Source of the DNA: a bacterium
Lineage (GTDB): Bacteria > Armatimonadota > JACIXR01
Assembly (NCBI GenBank): GCA_049970775.1
Contig: JBMFMH010000002.1
Location: 1 to 55,112 of the forward strand
Length of the DNA stretch: 55,112 nucleotides
Reading direction: 5' to 3'
Each line of letters begins with the position of its first letter. The first letter of the stretch is position 1. The notes beneath the pieces were generated by a model, which saw only the letters and a program-made list of their open reading frames with translations, made no database searches and was not told the origin of the DNA. Position numbers and translations under genes: made by a program. This document shows, piece by piece, positions 1 to 7,134 of this stretch.

Positions 1-57
1 ACACCTGCTTTTATCCTCATCTAATGATTCCAATATCTTTTTGAAATTTTTCAGCAT
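1..57 (-). CDS. 5' end of an unidentified ORF that runs off the window (MLKNFKKILESLDEDKSRC...)
   Basis: ATG at 57-55 lies 2 nt after the stop of the 60..305 ORF on the same strand. Only 19 codons are visible and no motif is recognisable. Confidence 0.25.
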   Translation of the reverse strand, partial: MLKNFKKILESLDEDKSRC

Positions 58-59
58 TT

Positions 60-305
60 TTAAGCTGTTTCGTGAGGAAATGCGCAGCATTTCCTGCGAG
101 TGGCACAAGCGAAGCGCGGTGACAGCTCTACCATTATGCCTTCTACCCAATCTCTCCTTTGACGCTGTAAATTCCTCATCTTTACCCAGATGGCGGTGAA
201 GTTCCTCACTCCCTCAAAGGCCAAGGGCAAATTCCCTGATAAGTCTGCTTTCCTTATTTTAAAAATTCGCATCATTTGAAACACTGCCATTTTGGGATTT
301 ACCAA
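60..305 (-). CDS. Hypothetical basic 81-aa protein (doubtful)
   Basis: Open frame with a TTG start and no clear SD. It is immediately followed by another minus-strand ATG. It contains a 9-bp-stem hairpin (75-95) and has no recognisable family. Confidence 0.3.
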   Translation of the reverse strand: MVNPKMAVFQMMRIFKIRKADLSGNLPLAFEGVRNFTAIWVKMRNLQRQRRDWVEGIMVELSPRFACATRRKCCAFPHETA

Positions 306-334
306 TTGTTGATTTTGTGTAAATAAATTATAAG
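306..334 (+). promoter_or_regulatory. Candidate sigma70 promoter for the DUF4438-like gene (TTGTTG-17-TATAAG)
   Basis: The hexamers were read directly. The spacer is 17 nt, about 40 nt upstream of the AAGGAGG SD and the ATG at 375. Confidence 0.3.
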
Positions 335-374
335 ATAAATATAGTTAAAAGAAACCCATAAGGAGGTAGAGCAT

Positions 375-1238
375 ATGCTTAAAACCAATGTTGATAGGTT
401 GATTGAAACCTCCGTGAGAGGGGAGGTCATTCAACCTCGTGTTTGGCTACCCCAGATAAGTCATAAGGGCGAACCTCTATTTCTTCCCTCTACCGGTGGC
501 ATAACTTACAATGTGAAAATAGGGGATAGCGCCTTCGGTTGGGTCGGCGACCATATAGAGCCAGGGGTAACCATAAGGGCAAAGGACGAAAGTGAGAATT
601 CGGCCCTCAACATCCTTGCCTGTATCGGAAATATAGCCAAGGTAGTAAGCGGCGATGCTAAAGGAGAAACCGGTTTCGTCACAGGAAAACATGGCGGGGC
701 TGAGCACATCCTCGTTTACTTTCCTCCCTCTGTTTTGGAAAAGTTGAACATAGGAGACCAGGTTTTAGTAATGGCAAAAGGGCAAGGATTGAGAATCATC
801 GGATGGGAAGATGTGTTCATCTGCAACATAGACCCTGGGCTTTTGGATAAGCTCAACATAGAGGAAAAGAATGGCAAGCTCATCGTCCCCGTTGTGGCTG
901 AGGTGCCTGCTCACTTAATGGGTTCGGGGATAGGTTCAACCCAGGTTGTGAGGGGAGATTATGACATAATGACCGCAGATAGAAGAGAGATTGAAGCCTA
1001 TGGATTACAAAACCTCCGCTTGGGAGATTTTGTGCTTTTACGGGATTGTGACAATACTTATGGAAGGGGATTTCTCAGAGGTGCTACTTCTGTGGGTGTA
1101 GTTATCCATAGCGATTGCGTATGGACGGGGCACGGTCCAGGGGTTACCGTTGTTATGTCCAGCAAAGAGGGGAAAATTGAGGGAAGGATAGATGAAAACG
1201 CAAACTTGGCGAACTACTTAAACATCGCCTCTATTTAA
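375..1238 (+). CDS. Conserved hypothetical protein, DUF4438-like (287 aa)
   Basis: Strong SD (AAGGAGGT) 7 nt upstream of the ATG and a long clean ORF. Length and sequence character match my recollection of the DUF4438 family. No catalytic motif was recognised. Confidence 0.8.
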   Translation: MLKTNVDRLIETSVRGEVIQPRVWLPQISHKGEPLFLPSTGGITYNVKIGDSAFGWVGDHIEPGVTIRAKDESENSALNILACIGNIAKVVSGDAKGETGFVTGKHGGAEHILVYFPPSVLEKLNIGDQVLVMAKGQGLRIIGWEDVFICNIDPGLLDKLNIEEKNGKLIVPVVAEVPAHLMGSGIGSTQVVRGDYDIMTADRREIEAYGLQNLRLGDFVLLRDCDNTYGRGFLRGATSVGVVIHSDCVWTGHGPGVTVVMSSKEGKIEGRIDENANLANYLNIASI

Positions 1239-1941
1239 AATATCGCTTGAGACCGATGACCTTCCCTATTATCCGTAAGCGCTTCTCCCTTATATCCACG
1301 ATTATAGGAGGATAAGATGGATTGAGGCTTTCCAACTTCACCTGGGTATCTTGTTTAATCACTTTCTTCACGGTTGTTTCAAATCCGTCTTCCGTCTCCA
1401 GAGAGACGACGGCGATGTCGCCGTTTTCAACATCGTCCTGCTGGCGAACGATTATGAAGTCCCCGTGCATTATCAATGGATACATACTATCGCCCGTGGC
1501 ACGGAGTGAGAAAGTGGCTCCTGGATATTCATCCTCATAGATCAAGATGTAGCCGAGCAATTCTTCCAGAGCTTCGTAGGGTTTTCCGCAGGGGACCTCA
1601 GCAATAACTTTAAGCAACTTCATACCCCTCGGCAGGGAAGGGGAGAGCTTATCCCCTGGAGGATAGCCGAGACGAAGCAGAAGAGGGGTAGGGTCTATTC
1701 CCATCTGGGCTCCGATTTCCTGAAAAAGGGATAAGACATCTATTCCCAATACGGAAGCTATCGCTTCAATAGTGGAGCGGCGGGGGAATGTGAAGCCTCT
1801 CTCAAGGCGGGAAAGCACGCTTGCGGAGATGCCAGCTTGGGAGGAAAGGTCGCTTAGACGCATTCCTCTTTCCTCCCTTAAAATGCGCAGGCGTTCTCCT
1901 AAAATCCTTTTAAATCTACCAGTTATTTCTCTCACACTCAT
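1231..1941 (-). CDS. XRE-type HTH plus S24 peptidase repressor (LexA / phage-CI-like)
   Basis: The N-terminal HTH is ILGERLRILREERGMRLSDLSSQAGISASVLSRLERG. The C-terminal S24 autopeptidase core is GDSMYPLIMHGDFIIVRQQ with a downstream ...GKVIGLKR. It overlaps the convergent DUF4438-like gene by 8 nt. Confidence 0.9.
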   Translation of the reverse strand: MSVREITGRFKRILGERLRILREERGMRLSDLSSQAGISASVLSRLERGFTFPRRSTIEAIASVLGIDVLSLFQEIGAQMGIDPTPLLLRLGYPPGDKLSPSLPRGMKLLKVIAEVPCGKPYEALEELLGYILIYEDEYPGATFSLRATGDSMYPLIMHGDFIIVRQQDDVENGDIAVVSLETEDGFETTVKKVIKQDTQVKLESLNPSYPPIIVDIREKRLRIIGKVIGLKRYFK

Positions 1942-1950
1942 TTTTTCTCA

Positions 1951-2288
1951 GAGAAGGTGGGTCTATAAGCCAGGTTCTGTACCAGCCATTAGCTGGCGAC
2001 GACCATTTATCTATGCGACCTACCCGAGGAGTCAGCGAGCAGCTTCCTTCTCCTCCTATTTGGTCTTGCTCCGGACGGGGTTTGCCTGGCCGGAAGGTCA
2101 CCCTTCCGCCGGTGGGCTCTTACCCCACCATTGCACCCTTGCCCCTGCCCCTTTAAAGGGGCGGTGGGCGGTATGTTTCTGTGGCACTTTCCATAGCTTT
2201 CGCTATCTGGAGTTGCCTCCAGCGTCCCGCTCTACGGAGCCTGGACTTTCCTCGCCTCAAAGGCGCGGTCGTCCGACCCACCTTCTCC
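1951..2288 (-). ncRNA. rnpB: RNase P RNA, bacterial type A
   Basis: On the minus strand, the 5' GGAGAAGGUGGGUC pairs with the 3' GACCCACCUUCUC to form P1. The hallmark blocks GAGGAAAGUCCAGGCUCC (P4 5'), GGUAAGAGCCCACC, GCAAACCCC, CAAGACCAAAUAGG and ACAGAACCUGGCUUA (P4 3') are all present in the correct order. Confidence 0.92.
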
Positions 2289-2332
2289 TATAATTAATTA
2301 TAACGGTTTGATTATCCTTTTTCAAAAAACGC

Positions 2333-2581
2333 CTATTCCTCTTCCTCCTCTTCCTCGTCTATCTCAATATCCTCAAATTCCTCTTCCTCCTCTTCCTCCC
2401 AGCCAATCTCAAATTCCTCTATTGCTCCCCTTATCTTCTCCATCAAAACCTCCAACTCCGAATCGCTCAACAAGTTCTCCGCTACCAACTCCTCATACAA
2501 CACATCCTCCACAACATCAAGGGCGTGTTCCACACCCTCAGCAAAACCTTCTTCGTAGAGATCCTTGTCTTCTTTCTCCAT
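2333..2581 (-). CDS. Extremely acidic 82-aa protein with a poly-Glu tail, function unknown
   Basis: An AGGAGGTG SD lies about 12 nt upstream of the ATG. About half the residues are D or E, and the protein ends in EEEEEEEFEDIEIDEEEEEEE. The helical-looking N-terminal half argues for real coding rather than the antisense Pro-rich frame. Confidence 0.65.
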   Translation of the reverse strand: MEKEDKDLYEEGFAEGVEHALDVVEDVLYEELVAENLLSDSELEVLMEKIRGAIEEFEIGWEEEEEEEFEDIEIDEEEEEEE

Positions 2582-2775
2582 AGCTAAATTTTGGCACCTC
2601 CTATTGCTTTAATTTTTATTGTGATTATAATAATTATGCCTTTTTGAAAGAAGTCAAGTTTTGCAATTGCTCTTTTTAAATAATTGCGATGATGAGAATT
2701 AAAATCAAACATTTTTTTATCTTTTGGCTTTCCTTTGTATCAATATTAACCCCTAAAGAAGGGAGGGCAATAGCT

Positions 2776-5421
2776 ATGAATTTTGAGGAAAAATTCCTCA
2801 ATCCACCTAATGACGCTCGCATTCTCAAAATAGTGCATAGCCTCCCGGATAGCCCAGAACAACAAGATGTTCTCTTCTCTCAGCTTCTTGCGCAAGGATT
2901 CGGAGGAATCGTCTGTAATGTCTCCTTCGTTGATTACTTGGAAAGCGAGGAGAAGTGGAAAGCCTTCGTTCGTGGGGTAAAAAGGGCAAAGGAGCTGGGA
3001 ATGGCGCTCTGGCTTTACGATGAAAAGGGTTACCCTTCGGGCACAGCGGGTGGATTGACCTTGAAAAATCATCCGGAATGGGAAGCGAGGGGTCTACTTT
3101 GTGTAGAGAGGGAAACGAAGGGCGGGGAAGATATAGCGCTTGAAGTGCCTCCGGGCAGACTGGTCTCCGCATTGGCTTTCCCAATAACAGAGACAGGAAT
3201 AGATATAAAAGGCAAAGTAGATTTGAGAAGTAAAGTAAAAGATGGCAAATTATCCTGGAGAGCCCCAAGAGGAGATTGGCGCATTTTGATTATCAGTGAA
3301 GACCGCTTATACGAGAGAACCCACGCCGCGGTCAGTTTGGGCGACCGCCTTCCTTACATCAATTTGTTGATGCCTGAACCTACTCGCAAATTCATAGAAT
3401 TAACTCACGAGAAATACGCAAAATACCTGGGGAATAATTTAGGGGAATATTTTATCGCTACTTTTACTGATGAACCCTCCCTTATGAGCTACTTTTTTCA
3501 ACCCTCACCCTATCGTCCTCTCCCCTGGTCCGTGAACCTTCCATTGGAATTCAAGAGAAGGAGAGGTTATGAGCTTGAACCCTTTATACCACTTCTTTTC
3601 AGCGATGGCGAAGGGGCAGAGAAGGTAAGATATGATTTTTGGCAAACGGTAGGGGAACTTGTAGGGGAAAACTTCTTCGGGCAAATAAGAGATTGGTGCA
3701 GAGCGCATAACATCGCTTCCGGTGGGCACCTTCTAATGGAGGAAAGCTTAGTATCTCATATCCCTCTTTATGGCAATTTCTTTCTTTGTTTGAAATCCCT
3801 TGATGCCCCAAGCATAGATTGTTTGACCAGCATCCCTAACGAAGTTCCCTGGCGCATCGCTCGCTATGTGGGCAGCGTGCGTGATTTAAATAAAAATGCA
3901 TATACAATGTGTGAAACCTCGGATTTCATCCAAGTTTACCGCCCTCAAGGGGATAATCGTCCAATAAGAGTTGTAACCGAAGAGGAAATCCGTGGAACCT
4001 GTAATCGCTTGATTTATGGAGGAGTGAATACTATCACGAGTTATTATACATTCACTAACTTATCAACGGAGCAAATCAAGAGATTGAACCTTTGGGTGGG
4101 GCGCTGCTGTGCTATGATGAGAGGTGGTCATCAAGTCTGCGATATCGCTGTGCTTTACCCAGTGGAAAGCTTGTGGGTTCATTTCCGTCCCGCAAGACAA
4201 GGAGCAACTGATTCCCACTTAGCCCAACGAATTGAGCAAACCTTTAATCAAATCTCTCAAACCCTCTACAACTCCAACAGGGATTTCCTTTACATAGATA
4301 CGCCTACTTTGCTCGATGCATCCATTAAGGGTGATACCCTGTCTTACAAGGACCTCACTTGGCGGGTCCTCATACTGCCTTGTGTGGATACTTTGCCTTT
4401 AGAGGCTTGGAAGAAGCTGGAGAGCTATTGGAAGGAAGGAGGAGTAGTAATTGCAGTGGGGGCACTGCCCCAAAATAGCGAAGAAGAGTTTCCCTCTGCT
4501 TATGTCCAAAGTCTTTCCAAGGAATTATTCGGTGGAAAGGAGAAGTTGAGCATAAAGAAAAACAAGAAGGGAGGAGTGGCTATATATCTGCCCTTCGGGG
4601 CAGAGACCCTTCTCCCCCTGCTACTTGACAGAGTGATAGAAAAAGATGTAGAAATCAATGAACCATCAAATTTGCGGGTAACTCACAGAAGAATTGAGGG
4701 GTGGGATGTTTACTTCGTCATCAACGATAGCGATAAAACCTGCAAGCATTCGCTTCGTTTCCGAGGGAAAGGCGAAGTGAGAATACTGGACCCCGGTAGC
4801 GGTGAGATTCGGTCTCTTTCAGATGGAAAAGAAATAGAGATGGAATTCGCCCCTTACGATGCTAAATTCGTCCTATTCACCGATGTGGAAAAACCGAAAA
4901 GGCTTATGCCTTCTGGAAGCATATTATCTATGTTGCTTCTAAAGAGCCTTGATATCTCGGGAGAGAATTTAAATAAGGGCGAGTTCGTTGTCGGCGAATT
5001 GGAGAAAGGGGAAATAGAGGGGAAAGAGGCTTTTAAAATAAAGGGAAAACTCACAAGGAGCAACGAGGATTGCTTTGCGTTTATTTCCTTTCTCCTTACT
5101 GCTCCCACCGACTTAAGAGGAACAAGTCATTTGTTTTTCAAGGTCGCAATACCCCAGAGGCAAAGATTTCCCGCCCATCTGTTTGTTATCGTTAGGGATA
5201 AAGAAGGGAATGAAGCCATAGCTGATACAGGCATATTGCTCTCCGACGAAGGCGAAAGGGAGTTATTTATTTCTCGATCTAAATTTAATCCCGTGCCCTG
5301 GGGAGGAGGAAAACCTGTTGATTGGGAAGAAGTTACAGCGATAAGTATTGGTTGGGGAGGATATTATGGAGAGATAGGAGAAGAATTGCTCTTTTCCACC
5401 AGCCCTCCTTATGTTTTTTAA
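2776..5421 (+). CDS. Putative glycoside hydrolase, possibly GH106-like (family uncertain)
   Basis: A GGAGGG SD lies 8 nt before the ATG at 2776. An alternative upstream start at 2689 would add a hydrophobic N-terminus. The N-terminal pattern is F..NPP...R...GFGGIV.NV...YL..EE.W..F...V..A.ELGM.LWLYDEKGYPSGTAGG, which I associate with GH106-type enzymes. Confidence 0.8.
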   Translation: MNFEEKFLNPPNDARILKIVHSLPDSPEQQDVLFSQLLAQGFGGIVCNVSFVDYLESEEKWKAFVRGVKRAKELGMALWLYDEKGYPSGTAGGLTLKNHPEWEARGLLCVERETKGGEDIALEVPPGRLVSALAFPITETGIDIKGKVDLRSKVKDGKLSWRAPRGDWRILIISEDRLYERTHAAVSLGDRLPYINLLMPEPTRKFIELTHEKYAKYLGNNLGEYFIATFTDEPSLMSYFFQPSPYRPLPWSVNLPLEFKRRRGYELEPFIPLLFSDGEGAEKVRYDFWQTVGELVGENFFGQIRDWCRAHNIASGGHLLMEESLVSHIPLYGNFFLCLKSLDAPSIDCLTSIPNEVPWRIARYVGSVRDLNKNAYTMCETSDFIQVYRPQGDNRPIRVVTEEEIRGTCNRLIYGGVNTITSYYTFTNLSTEQIKRLNLWVGRCCAMMRGGHQVCDIAVLYPVESLWVHFRPARQGATDSHLAQRIEQTFNQISQTLYNSNRDFLYIDTPTLLDASIKGDTLSYKDLTWRVLILPCVDTLPLEAWKKLESYWKEGGVVIAVGALPQNSEEEFPSAYVQSLSKELFGGKEKLSIKKNKKGGVAIYLPFGAETLLPLLLDRVIEKDVEINEPSNLRVTHRRIEGWDVYFVINDSDKTCKHSLRFRGKGEVRILDPGSGEIRSLSDGKEIEMEFAPYDAKFVLFTDVEKPKRLMPSGSILSMLLLKSLDISGENLNKGEFVVGELEKGEIEGKEAFKIKGKLTRSNEDCFAFISFLLTAPTDLRGTSHLFFKVAIPQRQRFPAHLFVIVRDKEGNEAIADTGILLSDEGERELFISRSKFNPVPWGGGKPVDWEEVTAISIGWGGYYGEIGEELLFSTSPPYVF

Positions 5422-5440
5422 GCTTTCATATAAGTGAAAT

Positions 5441-7081
5441 TTACTTGTTTTTAACCACAGGGAGAAGTATGTGGGAGGGATGTTCCTTGTCCATATAAAT
5501 TGTGTTATGGGCTAACCTTCCTTCCGTCTGATTGCGGATTAATTTAGGCACATTTGGATTAGCCTCCCATCCCGGTGAACTGCTAGAAGTTATGTGTAGA
5601 CGGACACGATGTCCCTTATTAAAGATTATGCTTGTTGACCAAAGGTCTATCTCAAAACGATAGATTTTGCCCGGCTTTAGCCATTTTGGCCGCTTATAGG
5701 ATTCCCTGAAGCAGGCTCTTATGATTCCCTCACAGATATTGTATGAACGACCATCGGGATAGACATCACATAACCTTGCTAAAAAATCGGTATCTGGGGC
5801 ATCACTTGACGCCCAGATTATCGCTTTGACCCTTCCTGTTACCTCCAAAGGTTCCCTCAAAGGCTCGCTTGTGAAAACTAAAACATCAGGTCGCTCCTCT
5901 ATCTTTCGTTGGTCCATTGGTCCAGCAGGTATAGTTAATTGATAGCCACCGATTGTGGGAACAGGATTTTTTGGGTCATAAGTGTAGCTTAACTTTCCAC
6001 CTATTGAGGGCTTATTCCATATGAGCTTCTTATCAGGATGTAGGTAAAGAGGGGTATATTCGGCTCTCACTGGTGGCCAGCTATCAGCTGTTCGCCACTC
6101 GTTGCCTGGTGCTTTAGGGTCGCTCAAATCGCCCATAACATAGTAAGTAACTGCCGGCTCCCTATCAACACCGTTGTCAACTCCTTTCAAATAATGGTCA
6201 AACCATTTCCAAGCATCATAGTAGGTTGTGGGTGGATTTTTAGCGTTTGGAAAAGTTAATTCGCCTGCTCTTTCACTGAAGACAGAATGTGTCCATGGAC
6301 CCATAATGAGCTTTTGTTTTCCCCTTGCAGATGGACCACCTTTCCCTTGATAACCCAGAAAAGCGTTAATCGTTCCTTGAGCAAATATATCAAACCATCC
6401 ACCGATGTGGACAGCGGGAGAATTTACATTTTGATACTTATCGCTTATGTCCATAGATTGCCAATAAATATCGTAGGTGGGATGTTTCCTGACGATGTCA
6501 TAGGCGATGGGATTAAATCTCGCCAAGCGAAGCCAATCACCGTATAGAGATTTGCGAAATTCTCCACCAGTATAAACACCATCCTGATAAAGGCTTGGAG
6601 CACCAACCGTTATGTGCTGGGCTGTGATATATTTCACGCCAGTTCCTGCCAAAAGCAGTTGGGTTATTCCTAGGGCAGAACCACCCCAAGTGCCAATTTT
6701 CCCGTTGCACCATTTCTGTCTTATAATCCATTGAACCGTATCATATCCATCCTGCGCATCCTTCTCAAAGGGCAAATTTGCCCCCTCTGAGGCATATCTT
6801 CCCCTTGTATCTTGAATAACCATTGCATAACCTTTCTGGGCACCTTCCATCCCTATGGTTGATAGCGCATTTTTGTCGTAAGGTGTGCGAATGAGAATAA
6901 CGGGGAAGGAACCATTGCCTTCCGGTAAATAGACATCAGTAGCAAGCCTCACCCTATCCCTCATAGGAACCATAAAACTCTCCTTGTTTGGAGAAGATTT
7001 AGCCGGCAGATAGACATAACTGATAACGAGCAACAAAACAAATGGAATGCAAAGACCTACCATCAAATTTTTTCTCATCAT
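5441..7081 (-). CDS. CocE/NonD family hydrolase (S15 X-Pro dipeptidyl-peptidase-like), secreted
   Basis: It has a signal-like N-terminus. VPMRDRVRLATDVYLP...PVILIRTPYDKN is the typical family start, followed by the GGSALG nucleophile elbow and a C-terminal jelly-roll. Confidence 0.9.
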   Translation of the reverse strand: MMRKNLMVGLCIPFVLLLVISYVYLPAKSSPNKESFMVPMRDRVRLATDVYLPEGNGSFPVILIRTPYDKNALSTIGMEGAQKGYAMVIQDTRGRYASEGANLPFEKDAQDGYDTVQWIIRQKWCNGKIGTWGGSALGITQLLLAGTGVKYITAQHITVGAPSLYQDGVYTGGEFRKSLYGDWLRLARFNPIAYDIVRKHPTYDIYWQSMDISDKYQNVNSPAVHIGGWFDIFAQGTINAFLGYQGKGGPSARGKQKLIMGPWTHSVFSERAGELTFPNAKNPPTTYYDAWKWFDHYLKGVDNGVDREPAVTYYVMGDLSDPKAPGNEWRTADSWPPVRAEYTPLYLHPDKKLIWNKPSIGGKLSYTYDPKNPVPTIGGYQLTIPAGPMDQRKIEERPDVLVFTSEPLREPLEVTGRVKAIIWASSDAPDTDFLARLCDVYPDGRSYNICEGIIRACFRESYKRPKWLKPGKIYRFEIDLWSTSIIFNKGHRVRLHITSSSSPGWEANPNVPKLIRNQTEGRLAHNTIYMDKEHPSHILLPVVKNK

Positions 7082-7134
7082 AATTTCCCTCCTTGCTACA
7101 ATGCTAAAATTGAACTACAATTTGCGTCAAGGAT

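Noticed and set aside
1772-2293. 173-aa plus-strand ORF (and the 61-aa minus-strand ORF at 1916..2101) across the region between the repressor gene and 2293
   Set aside because: The region is fully explained by a type-A RNase P RNA on the minus strand, with all universal sequence blocks present. These ORFs are by-products of a GC-rich structured RNA.
2336-2420. CTC/TTC-rich short repeats, and the CAG/CCG-rich tract at about 38330-38420, considered as a tandem repeat or CRISPR-like array
   Set aside because: They are coding low-complexity tracts (a poly-Glu tail and a PQ-rich linker). There is no repeat-spacer periodicity. I saw no CRISPR array anywhere in the window.
2308-2583. 91-aa Pro-rich plus-strand ORF
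   Set aside because: It is the antisense reading of the GAA/GAG-rich acidic-protein gene. It is low complexity and has no SD, whereas the minus-strand ORF has AGGAGGTG upstream.
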